A stretch of DNA of 64,000 bases from Alloascoidea hylecoeti (Eukaryota): contig BCKZ01000014.1 of the NCBI GenBank assembly GCA_001600815.1, forward strand, positions 434,001 to 498,000, read 5' to 3'. The notes beneath the pieces were generated by a model that had not been told where the DNA came from, searched no databases, and saw only the letters and a list, made by a program, of their open reading frames with translations. Below, piece by piece: positions 50,276 through 62,521 of the stretch. How positions within the stretch are numbered: position 1 is the first letter of the stretch; every line of letters begins with the position of its first letter. The position numbers and the translations under genes were made by a program.

Positions 50276-51391
50276 ATGTCAATTCCATTACAACAAACAG
50301 CTGCCGTTACAGGAACAGATTCCCTCATCATCAAGGAAGTTCCAGTCCCTTCCATAACACCAAATGAAATCCTCGTTAAGATCGAAGCTGCTGCAATTAA
50401 CCCTACAGATTGGAAACATCTCTTCTATGGCTTATCTGGTCCTGGTACCATCGCCGGTTGTGATCTAGCTGGTACTGTAGTTAAAGTTGGTTCTGAAGTT
50501 ACTAATATCTCAGTTGGGGATGCTGGGGTAGGTTTAGTACATGGATCGAATAGAGCTGGCCCACATACTGGGTCTTTTGCTCAATATGCTGCTATTAAAG
50601 CTCACACGTTTTATAAATTGGATAACTTGAAGAGATCCGAATCTGATAATATTCCAAAAGGTATTCCAACCACTTTTGAAGGCGCTTCTTCATTAGGGGT
50701 TGCTTTAGTAACCATCGTGATGAGTTTATTTCTTAATATGGGGGGATCATTTGGATTAAGTAAAACCAAACCGGAAGAATCAGAGAAATATTTACTGGTT
50801 TGGGGTGGTGCTTCTTCAACGGGACAGATCGCAATTCAATTTGGTAAACTTATTGGATGGAANGTTATTGCNACAGCNTCNAAGAANAACNANNCTGAAT
50901 TAAANGAATTAGGAGCAGATTTNGTTGTTGATTATCATGATTCNGATGNNGTTGANNANATTAAAGCTATTGGCGGGGAGAATATAGTTTATGCTTTAGA
51001 TACAATTTCATTAGCAAATACTATTAAATCAACTCATGATTCAGTTTCTTCAACAAAACCTGTTATTCTTGATAACTTGTTAGGAATTAAATCTGATGAT
51101 ATTAAAAATATCAAACCAAATGTCAAGGTCACACAAACTTTAGGATATTTTTCATCTGGTGATCCTTTTTACTTGTATGGACCTGATAAGATTTCTAACC
51201 CAAAAATTACAGAGTTTGTGAAAAGTGTTCAACCCGTTGTTACTGAGGCCCTTAATAAAGGATTGATTCGACATATTCCGATTAGGGTACTTCCAAATGG
51301 ATTGAATTCAATTAACGAAGGATACTTATTATCCAAAGATAATAAAGTGTCTAATGAAAAATTAGTTATCAGACCTTTTGATACTAAATGA
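50276..51391 (+). CDS. MDR-superfamily enoyl reductase-like NADPH oxidoreductase (YNL134C/ToxD-like)
   Basis: AAINPTDWKH, GCDLAGTV, LVWGGASSTGQ, VSNEKLV; several ambiguous bases. Confidence 0.9.
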   Translation: MSIPLQQTAAVTGTDSLIIKEVPVPSITPNEILVKIEAAAINPTDWKHLFYGLSGPGTIAGCDLAGTVVKVGSEVTNISVGDAGVGLVHGSNRAGPHTGSFAQYAAIKAHTFYKLDNLKRSESDNIPKGIPTTFEGASSLGVALVTIVMSLFLNMGGSFGLSKTKPEESEKYLLVWGGASSTGQIAIQFGKLIGWXVIXTXXKXNXXELXELGADXVVDYHDXDXVXXIKAIGGENIVYALDTISLANTIKSTHDSVSSTKPVILDNLLGIKSDDIKNIKPNVKVTQTLGYFSSGDPFYLYGPDKISNPKITEFVKSVQPVVTEALNKGLIRHIPIRVLPNGLNSINEGYLLSKDNKVSNEKLVIRPFDTK

Positions 51392-51536
51392 TAACTTATA
51401 TAATCTAGAGAAATAAATAATTTAGATCCTATGCTTAGAAACAATGATACTGCACTAGATTGTTGTGTGTTTGGGTGTAAAAAATACATCTAAAGGCTGC
51501 AACTTTTTAAATGTATTTCCAAATTTCCATACAAAA

Positions 51537-52925
51537 ATGGAGCAAATAGAAAAGGCCCGTCAGCACCGATATTCCATATCCCAACTGATAAATCCAACCA
51601 ATGATAGTATTCCTGGATATCCTGGGCATCCTGAGATTAATATACACCCCCCAGTGCTCCCCCCTACAGACACTCGTCCCCCTAAAAATATACAACCCCA
51701 CAACACGGAGGTTGCAATATGGGCACAACGTCTTCACATTGAATCCCTTGAACTGAAAGAAAAATCAAACATGTGGATAACAAGCTTACAAACACAAGTA
51801 TCCAATATTAATTCAATTGCTGTCGATTGGCAAAAAAATGTAGAAGATTGGTTCAAAAAAGACAAAGATTTACAGAAACAAAAAGATGAAAAGGGTATGT
51901 TTATATTATATTTTAATCATTATTTAATAATATATAATTATAAAATTATCTATATTGACGTTCATTTAACAAAACTATTAGTATTAAAATATTTAGATAA
52001 TGTATCACTGGTTGCAAATACATCATTAGATTTATTTAAAACAACTGATGTTAAATGGACACTGTTTCAAGCACAATTAGAAAAATTAAATTCTAAAAAT
52101 GATGAATTAATTAATGAATTATCTAAATTATTGTCAAAAAATGAAGATAAAATATTAGGAAATTTACAAAAAATTGATAAAAGAATTGATGAACAAAATA
52201 ATAAAATTGATAAAATTTTTGAAAAATTTAATTTACAAAATAAATTACTTGAAGATTTACAATTACAACTAAAATATAACCATAACAATAATCAAAATAT
52301 GAATATGATTAATAAAAAATTAGAATTAAATTTAGAACCAGAATGGGCTAAAGAATTAAAATCTGAAATAATACCTTTGAAAAACTTCATTTTAAAACTT
52401 GTTGGTGATTCAACTTCAGAATTAATTGATAAGAATAACATCAGTACAACTACCATTAAAGAAATTTTAAATGAAAATTTAGTTGGAATTAATAATGAAA
52501 TTGATGATGGTGATATCACATTAGCTGATCATGAGGGAAAAGATGTTGTGATTGATAAATTATCACCACAACTTTTACAAGATACAAATATCAATATAGA
52601 TGATCCAATTATTGAAAAGAAAGCAATAAATAAAAGGAAAAAGAAGGGAAAAAGAGGTCGTAAACCAAATCCTAAAAAATATAATACTAATACTAATACT
52701 AATTATATGGATTATGAGCCACCACTAAATAAACGAAAATGTATTAAAGACAGAGATAATACTGATGAAGATGAAAATAAGGATGAAAATAAAAAAATTG
52801 GAATTAATGATGATATCGATATTAATATCATTTCAAATGAAAAAGATACAGCTATAAAATATAGAAATAAAACAAGGGGTCCTATTCTTTTATCGGATAT
52901 ATATGATGATGAGTTTAAATTATAA
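51537..52925 (+). CDS. Hypothetical coiled-coil protein with basic NLS; probable intron 51895-51981
   Basis: ATG in AAAAATGG context; GTATGT...TTTAAC...TAG intron of 87 nt; heptad-rich middle; KRKKKGKRGRKP. Confidence 0.7.
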   Translation: MEQIEKARQHRYSISQLINPTNDSIPGYPGHPEINIHPPVLPPTDTRPPKNIQPHNTEVAIWAQRLHIESLELKEKSNMWITSLQTQVSNINSIAVDWQKNVEDWFKKDKDLQKQKDEKGMFILYFNHYLIIYNYKIIYIDVHLTKLLVLKYLDNVSLVANTSLDLFKTTDVKWTLFQAQLEKLNSKNDELINELSKLLSKNEDKILGNLQKIDKRIDEQNNKIDKIFEKFNLQNKLLEDLQLQLKYNHNNNQNMNMINKKLELNLEPEWAKELKSEIIPLKNFILKLVGDSTSELIDKNNISTTTIKEILNENLVGINNEIDDGDITLADHEGKDVVIDKLSPQLLQDTNINIDDPIIEKKAINKRKKKGKRGRKPNPKKYNTNTNTNYMDYEPPLNKRKCIKDRDNTDEDENKDENKKIGINDDIDINIISNEKDTAIKYRNKTRGPILLSDIYDDEFKL

Positions 52926-53251
52926 TGATCCATTTTTCATATTTTTCTATATAGCTATTAAACTCATATTATATTATATAGCTATTAAACTCATATACAT
53001 CAAAGATTGAAAGATTGAATATAATTAATTGGCATTTGAATATCATTTTTCTAAAAACATAACCAAACTTTTATTAAACATTTCTGAATAAACTCAGTTA
53101 AGAAATCGCAACAATAGATAACTAACTTTATAAATCAAAATGTACATAATTATTTGGCAGAAACCTATTAGGCAATCATAACTTACAATTATAAATATAA
53201 GTCATAATATCATCAACCAACACAACAATATTTTTTTTTTAACTTCTGGTA

Positions 53252-55951
53252 TTAATTCATGAATAAAAATTGTAGATCTGATTGTGATAACCTATTTAAA
53301 GCAGAATCATCTTNTCCAACCGTAGCATTAATCATATCCGATTTTTTCTGTTGTAACTCAATAATTCGAGATTCTATACTATCTTCAATACAAAATCTAA
53401 TAATTTTAACCGGTCTGTATTGACCAATTCTATGAACTCGATCAAAGGCTTGATATTCAACAGATGGATTCCACCAAACGTCTAGAATGAAAACTTGTGA
53501 AGCTTCACATAAATTTAAGGCAACTCCACCAGCTTTAAGGGAAACCAAAAACACTTCTACCTGTGTATTTTCCATAAAATACCGAATAGAATTGTCACGC
53601 TGTGTTGGCGTCATATTACCTTGAAGTTTAACTGTTTGAAATCCCGCTCTTTTTAACCTCCACTCGACTAAATCCAACATAGATGTAAATTGAGAAAAAA
53701 CAATAGATTTAATTGTTTGTCTATCACTTCTTAGTTTGTATAATTCTTCAACTAATGCTTCAACTTTAGTTGAACTTCTCCACTCCCCACCACTCATCTG
53801 AATCCTATTAACAATATTCTGTTTTGAAGAGATCTGTTGATTTTCAGGATCAACTGAAGCCTGTGACAAATCAATCGTTAAACCAATGTGACAAACGGGA
53901 CATTCCAATTTATTCAATGCACCAGAAAATGATTCCATGTATTCTTTAATACACAGTCTACAAAAAATATGATGACATTTTGATTTGATAGCATCCTCAG
54001 CTTCATCATCACACAATGAACAAACCAATGAGTTTCTAGTACGTTCTTCATTATCATCTAAAGTAAGATACCCACCTGAATTATTTCTTTTTAAAAGTAA
54101 ATCAGGATGATCAGCAACCTGCCTCATTCTTGTAATCAACGTGAAAATGTTTGCATAATTATTAAGAACCACACCTTGTGCAACATATGTATTAAATTTT
54201 CTTTCAGATTCAGAATAAATACTTCGATAAAGATCCTTCTCTTCTTCATTAAAATAATCTTTACGGACTTCAACAATTCTTGGTGGAAGTCCCAAATCAT
54301 CGGCTCTTTCAACCTTTGTTCTTCGAAGCATTATATGCTTTAATAAATATCTAATGTTTTGGAATGATTCAAAACCAGCATCCTCTACTCCATATTTCTG
54401 AATATTCTTTAACATAAAATGATTAAAGAAATTTGTGTGTTGCATCCCCCTATGTCCACAAGAATCACAAGAATTATGATCCGAGAAATTCCAGTCATTT
54501 GAACAACAATCACAATTAAGACAGAAATATTGATCAAAAGGATCAAGTTTTAAAAATCTTAGTAAAGAATAAAGTTCCCCAATTCTATTTTGTAAAGGAG
54601 TACCACTAAGACAAAGTCGTTTATCTGCAAGTAAAGCACAAACACCTTTTGAAGTACTACAATTTCGGTCTTTGATATTGTGAGCTTCATCTAATACAAC
54701 TCGGTAAAAATGAATCTTGTGTAATACACTATCTTCTTTTACCACACCATCTTTCCTTTTGAATCCATATTTTTGCTTACGAAATGCAGCTTCTAAAGTA
54801 GAATATGTAGTTAAAACAACATCATACTTCATTAGTTCGTCGGGATTATTTGTCCTATTAGCCCCATGGAATGCAATACAAGATAATTTACCACCTGTAT
54901 GTAGTTCTATTTCACTTTTCCATTGCAAAAGAGCAACGGTTGGTGCAATTACCAAAGTAGGTTTATGAGTTCTATCAGTCATTAGTAAGGCAATGGTTTG
55001 AATGGTCTTCCCCATACCCATTTCGTCCGCCAGAATACCACCAGCTGTTTCACTCGCCTCTTGTTTCAATAACCAATTCAATCCTTCTAGTTGGAATGGA
55101 AGAAGTTTAACATTCATATCTAGTGGTTGTGGTGCCATTTCTGGGTTTAGCACAGGTAACTCTTTTAATTTCGGGAAAATAGTTGCTAAATGTGGGTGAT
55201 GAGTAAATAATTTCAAAGTACTTCTTTCATGATATGTGAGTGGTGGTCCCTTTGGTTTTTTTAGTTTCTTCGGTTGTCGTTTTTTTCTAGTACGTTTGGG
55301 TTTCGCTTGTGAACGAGTTGATCGACGAACCTCTCTAAAAATATCTTCGATGTCTTCATCGAAATCCTCTTCTGCTTCAGTTCCCAGAATAATAACCTCT
55401 TCGGTAGTATTAGGGGGAAAATACTGATCAGCGGTTGTTCCTGTATATTTCATAGGAGTATATTCATCATCTTCATCATCTTCATCATCGCTTTCAATAT
55501 CATATATTATTGGTCGCTTACGTTTAGAGCTTTTAGTTGATCTCGAGGACTGAACCGTAGAGGTGGGCCGATTAGAAATTACTTTATTATCGTGGCCCTT
55601 GGTGGTAGATGTTGTTGGTTGGTTTTCTTCGTCTGAGTCAGAAAAGTCAGTGGCTTTTTCCTTGCCCTTCCCATTTACAGATTTCCCCCTACCAGAGACA
55701 CTTTTAGAAGAACTCACAGGTGCAAAAGTAGATGGAACTGGAGGTTCGGTTTTCTTTTTGGATTGAGCTGCAATTCTATTACTTCGTCTTTTCGGTGTAA
55801 CTGTTTTCGGATTTATTTGTTTGTCTATTTTAATGAGACTTTCATTTTTTATAATTTCAGTTGTGTCTGATATTCCACTCGATTCCTCGGAATCTCTAAC
55901 TTCTAACATCTCCTCCAATTCACTGATTTCATCAGAATCGGAAATGATCAT
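53252..55951 (-). CDS. RAD16: SNF2-family ATPase/RING protein Rad16
   Basis: [77 protein letters not shown]. Confidence 0.96.
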   Translation of the reverse strand: MIISDSDEISELEEMLEVRDSEESSGISDTTEIIKNESLIKIDKQINPKTVTPKRRSNRIAAQSKKKTEPPVPSTFAPVSSSKSVSGRGKSVNGKGKEKATDFSDSDEENQPTTSTTKGHDNKVISNRPTSTVQSSRSTKSSKRKRPIIYDIESDDEDDEDDEYTPMKYTGTTADQYFPPNTTEEVIILGTEAEEDFDEDIEDIFREVRRSTRSQAKPKRTRKKRQPKKLKKPKGPPLTYHERSTLKLFTHHPHLATIFPKLKELPVLNPEMAPQPLDMNVKLLPFQLEGLNWLLKQEASETAGGILADEMGMGKTIQTIALLMTDRTHKPTLVIAPTVALLQWKSEIELHTGGKLSCIAFHGANRTNNPDELMKYDVVLTTYSTLEAAFRKQKYGFKRKDGVVKEDSVLHKIHFYRVVLDEAHNIKDRNCSTSKGVCALLADKRLCLSGTPLQNRIGELYSLLRFLKLDPFDQYFCLNCDCCSNDWNFSDHNSCDSCGHRGMQHTNFFNHFMLKNIQKYGVEDAGFESFQNIRYLLKHIMLRRTKVERADDLGLPPRIVEVRKDYFNEEEKDLYRSIYSESERKFNTYVAQGVVLNNYANIFTLITRMRQVADHPDLLLKRNNSGGYLTLDDNEERTRNSLVCSLCDDEAEDAIKSKCHHIFCRLCIKEYMESFSGALNKLECPVCHIGLTIDLSQASVDPENQQISSKQNIVNRIQMSGGEWRSSTKVEALVEELYKLRSDRQTIKSIVFSQFTSMLDLVEWRLKRAGFQTVKLQGNMTPTQRDNSIRYFMENTQVEVFLVSLKAGGVALNLCEASQVFILDVWWNPSVEYQAFDRVHRIGQYRPVKIIRFCIEDSIESRIIELQQKKSDMINATVGXDDSALNRLSQSDLQFLFMN

Positions 55952-56359
55952 ATTTTATACAAAAAATTTGGATTAAATTTGGATTAAAATTTTTTAGTCG
56001 AAAGTGATTACAAATGAGAAACCTGCAGCTTGACGAATGCGGGCATATAACGCCAAATCGACTCGAGAATTGGCATGATAAACGTTACGCGTAGTTGGTT
56101 TAAAGATTACACATTCTCCTATATATATCGTTAACAAATTTAAATATTAACAATTATTTATTATTTATATTCTTTTAATTTATAACTTATACATTCAAAT
56201 TTAATATATATTAAAAAGTGTTGTATAATTTTAATTAAGAGTTAAAGAAGAAAAACATATATATATTTATATAGAACTCAGTACTTAAGTCCCTGTCAAA
56301 ACAATGTATATTGTAAACTTATAATATTTTATTATGCCCAATATTATAGGCTATAATAT

Positions 56360-58023
56360 TTATTCATTCAAGCCATAATTACCAGCAATCCAATTGTTGA
56401 TCATGGAAAGGGTATTCACAGGCTGGTTGAAAGGTACCATATGGCCAGCATCATAAACTCTAGCAAAAGTGAATTTACCATAATTACGAACAGTTCCGGC
56501 TTTCTGACCATCAACTATCCAAGGAGCATCTAGAGCCTTGTTAAAGCCATCATGACCACTCCATTTCAAAGCCTTTGTCCATGCAGCATTTCCAAGCCAG
56601 TTACATATAAAATCTTTGTCACCAGCATAAATTAAGACAGATATACCTTCTTCTAACAAATCACGAACATCATAATGGAAAGGGTGATTCCAATCGCCAT
56701 GAAATACAAAGTCTATGTTGAGATTAGTATTACAAGATTGAAATGCTACCACATCGGCTCCAATAGCTTTTTGAATTTCCTGTTTCTGGAAATATTTTTC
56801 AACCCAACCCATTTGGGCATAGCACAAAGGTGGTTGTGCACATTTTTCCCTTATATCATAAATATTTCGGTTAGTAATTATCTGAAATGGGTTAAGTTGT
56901 CCAGAAGCGCAAATTAAGTAGGAAGGTACACAAGCCCAAATATTATTTAGGGCGTAGCATGCTTCAATACCAGCAACACAAATTGGCAATTGAAGTTCTT
57001 GAGCTATGCATATCGGATAAGGTATAACTTCTTTTTCTCCACCACCACCACAACCCATAGGCTGATAGTATTGAAATTGTGTTTTAGGATCTGTAAGACC
57101 ATTACCAATTGCAATAGAAACAAAATTGAAGTTTCTTTCCGAAACCGGGCGAGAGATAATCTCTTTACCAATAGCAGGAACAAAATGCCCACCATATGAT
57201 TCTCCAGTAATGGTAAAGTTCAAGTGAGAATACTCCGGGAATTTTTTGAAAAATAATTGCAAAAAACCATATATATCAGTAGCGGCTGCCGTTGTGGTAC
57301 TCACAGAACCTGAAGGATCTGAAGAATAAGAGAACCCACTATTTACTGGTTGATCCAAGAAAATAATACTTGCGTTACTATTCCAAGAATATGGGTTGTA
57401 TTCAGGATTCAAACTCGCAGTAATCCTTGATGGACCCAATTCAAATAGGAGAGCTGTCAATGACGAACAACCTGGACCACCCGTCAACCATAAGAGAATT
57501 GGATCATTTTTGGGATCATTTCGAGATTCAAAGAACCCTATAATATATTGTAATTGTTAGTTTTTAATTGTACTTCATATGGGATGGATATTAATAATAT
57601 AAATTACTTACAAAAGAAAAAATGTTTGCTTTCAGATGTGTCAAGATAGCCAGAATATTGCTTAACTGTATCTATTTTCAATACAGAAGGGTCCACTACC
57701 CTAACTCTTATGGCAGCATCTGTTAGTTCTTTATCCTTAACATGATAGTCCCAATCATCTGGGCTAATAGGGTTTATTGGTACATTTTGACTTCTAAGAT
57801 TTGTGACATTAAACTCTTCTGGGTCGAAATTGGCTATTGATTGCCAAGTTGATAAAGACTCTTCCATTCCATTAGTAGAAACCCCCAGAGTATCAGCTAT
57901 ACTTTGAAGAAAGTTGATATCAATAGAATTATTGGAGGGTGCAGAAAAAGGGGAAGGGATCGCTTCTGCTATTGAAGCAATGCTAATAGCAATATAAACG
58001 ATTAATTGAATAGATATTTTCAT
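56360..58023 (-). CDS. Carboxypeptidase Y-like serine carboxypeptidase; exons 58023-57612 and 57537-56360
   Basis: Signal peptide, QYSGYLD, HFFF|WFFESRNDP, GGPGCSS, GESYGG, AGDKDFICNWLGN, AGHMVP. Confidence 0.93.
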
Positions 58024-60478
58024 TGTTTTGAAAAAGCTTATGATCCTTGAAAACAAATTAATAGCAGCTGGTGGTTTATTTATTTTATAAGATATATCTT
58101 CTACAATTGACATCCACAAACATTTTATTATATATATTTACTACAAGTGATATCTACAGACATTTTGTTTGTGATAAGTTGCCATGACCATGGCCAACAT
58201 TCTATATTGATCTATTAATCGCGAGCTAGATAAAGCAGAGTAATTATAAATTATATTGTTTTGTAGAAACCTCATATTCTTAAGCTTAATTATTTATAAA
58301 CTTACAATTTATTAGAGATATTTCAATTGTCATGTAACAACAACAGTTATGGTTATCACTACATGCATATATCCGGAACATATATAATGCTGTAAAGTTA
58401 TACAGTTATATCTAGATCTTATTTATGTTCTCTCAATTTGGATTTTAAATTAAACCGTATTTAATTCTATTAGTATTATGAGGCTGATAAACTACGAATG
58501 GGATGCATCTGCTTACAGATACCTACTACCTAGTTATAAACCTGAGATATCTAATATCTACGCGTACTAGTTGTAGTAGGGGGTTATTTTTAAACTTAGG
58601 AATGCTTCTTGTACCTTTTCTTCTAATTGTTATGATGATAATTAACACATATCATAGAAATATTTTTATATTATAAGGAGATAATTGTGTTTTCAGTCTT
58701 GAGGATAATATAATTATAACAATTGGTGTCTTATCTTCGATAGTTAAGTTAATTGTGTAGAACTGATAAGAACCGTCCGACTTTTTATAACTCAAGCTTT
58801 TAAAGTGTTTTAGTTGATTTTCAATTGGGTTTGTTGTACATGTTATATTATGTTATTCGCTAATTTGGTGTCTAATAGAGATGGGCATGCTATGCTAATA
58901 CAACAACTCCAAAAACTCTTACTCGTCCGAGCGTATAATAATTGAAAATTTTATCTAATTATGACTTTTTAAGACTGCTCCGGAAAAATTATCGATATCA
59001 TAACTTCAAACTTGATAAGTCATTTAATCTTGCTTTCTTCAATATTTTTATTAATAAAAGCAATTACAAAATTAAATATATTTGCAGTCCATAATTATTG
59101 GTTCCTTGGTATAAACGGTATCACTGTGTTCCTCGAGCAAGGGGAAATACTCGACGCGTAAAACTTAATTTCTGTAATCAACCCAATGCCAAAAATTACC
59201 TTAGTTCAAAACGAAAAAGGACGCTCGACGGTTGAGATTAGATAGCGACCACTACTGTAGTTTTATGCGCAGTTGAACCCTAACGTACCCCGTGACAATA
59301 TCCCATAAATCAAACAAACAAAAAACTATCCATTTTTCAGGAAGATGGGATATCAATAATAAGTTAACAACAATAGAATATTACATGAGCAAGCAATGAC
59401 TTACGGCTTTTTTAGATAGACAGAAGATTGTTTGTAAGCTGTCCCATGTTCTTGATTCTTATAAATTCCAGGCAAAAAAAGATAGAGATAACACCAATTT
59501 TATTGGTTATGTGGTAAATACAAGTCATATATGCAACGTATTGCAGTACAGATTAGACTTTGTTGAGAAGTCCAGGAAGGAACTGCTTACAGTAGAATGC
59601 CTGTCTATTCCTCAGTTGATTCCCCTTCGAGTGGATCTTGTCACTTGTCTTGAATGTGATAATGTCATGGGTGATTACATTCCTTAAGATTATTTTTAAA
59701 TCAAAAAATTTGGTCTAAACACATCTCTGAGAGGAAGAGAGGAATAAATGGATACCGATTCAACATTTGATAAAACTACCCATGGAAAAAACTTGCAGTT
59801 AATTAGAGATTGTGTGATGTCAGTAGAAAAAGATGAGGCACCTAAGACTCATATATGTCATGGTGCTACTGGACTATTAGAGGCACTTTAATCATGAAGA
59901 TCACAACCTGATCAGTGATTTAACTATAAATATGAAAAAACCTTCAGCAAGAAAGAAATTATTGAAGAAATAAAATAAATTTCAAGTCCAAAAAAGCCCA
60001 CAGTACAGCTGCGAAAAGAATTGTAGTAGTAGAGCGCTTGAAGAGGGCATTACCTGGTTCTCCACTTGGAAAGTTATTATTCTTTTCGCGCTTTGAATTA
60101 AGGTATGTTTTGGCATGGTGGAGGGTGGGATGGTTGATTAACAGAAATTAAGTTTTATGCGTCGCATTTTTTTTGTTACAAAAGAGTCTGTATCTTATTA
60201 CATATATTATATATATAATTTATACTTTAACAATAATAGAATGATAATAATATTAATACAGTAAATAGTATAGTGTTTGTAAATGTCAAAATATGAATCT
60301 TTTCATAAAAATCATTATCAATAAAGTTATTGAAGAAATTAATGATCATCAGTACTCTAAACTGGCTTAGGCTTTCCTAAACACTCAAGCTGTAACAACT
60401 AGCTATAACTAGTCCCGATCATGAACAAATTTTGAGATGAAGAAAAAGAAATATAAAATAATATTATAATTAAATCTA

Positions 60479-62163
60479 CTATTGTCCAACTTCTTGTAAA
60501 ATGCTTCTTTTACCCTTTCTATGCCGTTTTCTTCGTTCTCGAATTGCAATTTTCATTAAATCATCTTCACTTGGTTCATAGATATGCCAAACAACATAAT
60601 TTGGTAAACCAGCAACACTAAATCCCATTCTTTTACACATTTTACCAAATGCTTCAGTTTCAGCATGATTTTCAAATGTGAATGCTGGGAAATGAGACCC
60701 TTGTCTGAAAACTTTAGCTTTTGCTAAGATTGAGACACCACCAATACCATCTAAATCTATTATATTATTAATATCACCATTTGGATCTCGAAGATTAGCT
60801 AAATGATATCGATATGTAGGATATTTAGAATATCCTTCAACAATAACTTCATCTTCTGGTAATGTTTTCGCTAATTCGATGGCAGTATCTGATTCCGGCC
60901 AAGAATTTAAATCATATGGTTGTTGTTTATTAACAGGGTCAAGAAAATCTGGTAATGGTCTCCATATATTTGGAACAATAACATCTTTATCAAATTTCAT
61001 CATATCTTCTAAGATTGTTCCTGGAGCTTCTTCAATATCAACATCTCTCCAATAAACCCATGAATGATATGGTTTTAAAGCATTTGTAAGAAGCCAATTT
61101 CTAGCTCTACCCATTAATTTTCTTCTAATGCCTTGAACAGCAACACCATGTCGATCAGAAAACCCTTGTCCAATAACTTGTCCAAAATCTTTTTCATAAA
61201 TTTGTATACTTCTAAATGGTACTTCAAATCCTTCATGTCTTTTTTTAAAAGCATCTTGTAATCTTTTTAACCTATCAGGATCCATATAATTTAAATATAA
61301 ATCATGGTTATAAATTTTTAAATTTGGATTTGATTGGGAAACCTTGGCATCTTTCATATCTTCTGTAATGACATCTGCTAACGTACTATTCTGTAATCTC
61401 ATGGTATAATCTTCCAGTTTCTTTAAGGTATTATCATCCTCACTACAATCACTAACTAAAAAGGCTAGATCGATTTTATCATGAGGATATGTCATATTCA
61501 TCAAATGATAAAACATTAGAGACATAATTTTTTCAGCATTTCGTAAAGGAATGAGAAGTAATACTAGATCATCTTTTTCTTTACCGTTTGCATTTCCTTC
61601 AAAATCCGTAAGATCATAATATGATACAGTAGAATCAATAGGAACCATCTGTTCATTATTGTAATCACCTTGGGGGTCTTCCAAGACTGAATTACCTTCT
61701 TTATCACGTACTAGTTTTGGTTTATTCACACTATTCTCATAGTTACCAGGTTCAATATCATGAGGTGAAAAAGGAGCAGAAATGATGAATTTTGTTTGTT
61801 CTCTTAGATTTTTAGCAGGTTCGGATGCGCTGAATAAAAGGTAATACACAAAGAAGATGATGATTAGTATACCTATTATAGTTCGACTTTTACGCCTGAA
61901 AAAATTTATATGATGATATATCTGATGATCTGGAACATGTTTTTCCCTTTTTGAAGAAGTTGGAAGACTTTTAAAGACAGATTTTGGGGGGCTGTTTTCA
62001 ACAACGTTGGTTAGATGAATTTGCAATTTTTACTAAAAACTATTGAGAACACTATTGACAACTAAAGGCAGATCATGATATTAAGAAGATGGAGTGTAAA
62101 AACATACCTTGAGCCAACCATCGAAGCCGACCTTTGACGAAGAACACGACCGGATGTATTCAT
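60479..62163 (-). CDS. VAN1: Mannan polymerase I subunit Van1 (Anp1 family); exons 62163-62108 and 61991-60479
   Basis: Type II TM segment; PLRNAE, MNMTYPHDKIDLAFLVSDCS, KDFGQVIGQGFSDRH, WVYWRDVD; intron GTATGT...CTAAC...CAG. Confidence 0.9.
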
Positions 62164-62521
62164 GGAATGAAATTTAGAGCCGTCAATTCAATAGCACAGA
62201 TGAAGTTAGAAAATAAAATTTCAAATTATGACCTTATGAGTCTTTTTGTGAACACGCTCACGATCGCAGAAGGGACAAACTGTAAAAACAAAAAATGATT
62301 GAATAAATTGATTTTTTTGTCGTTGTAAGACCAAATTAAGATATTAGTGGTGATATGAAAGTTCGAAAGTATAAAAGTACGAAATTTTTAACAGGGCGTA
62401 TGTGTTTAAAAGCATTGTTGGTGCTTGTAAGTTTATAATTATGCAACCTGTTATTATGTCAAATCTACGAGCATTAGCTATCTTCTATTTCTAATATTTG
62501 TCTAGATCTATCTTTCAATAA

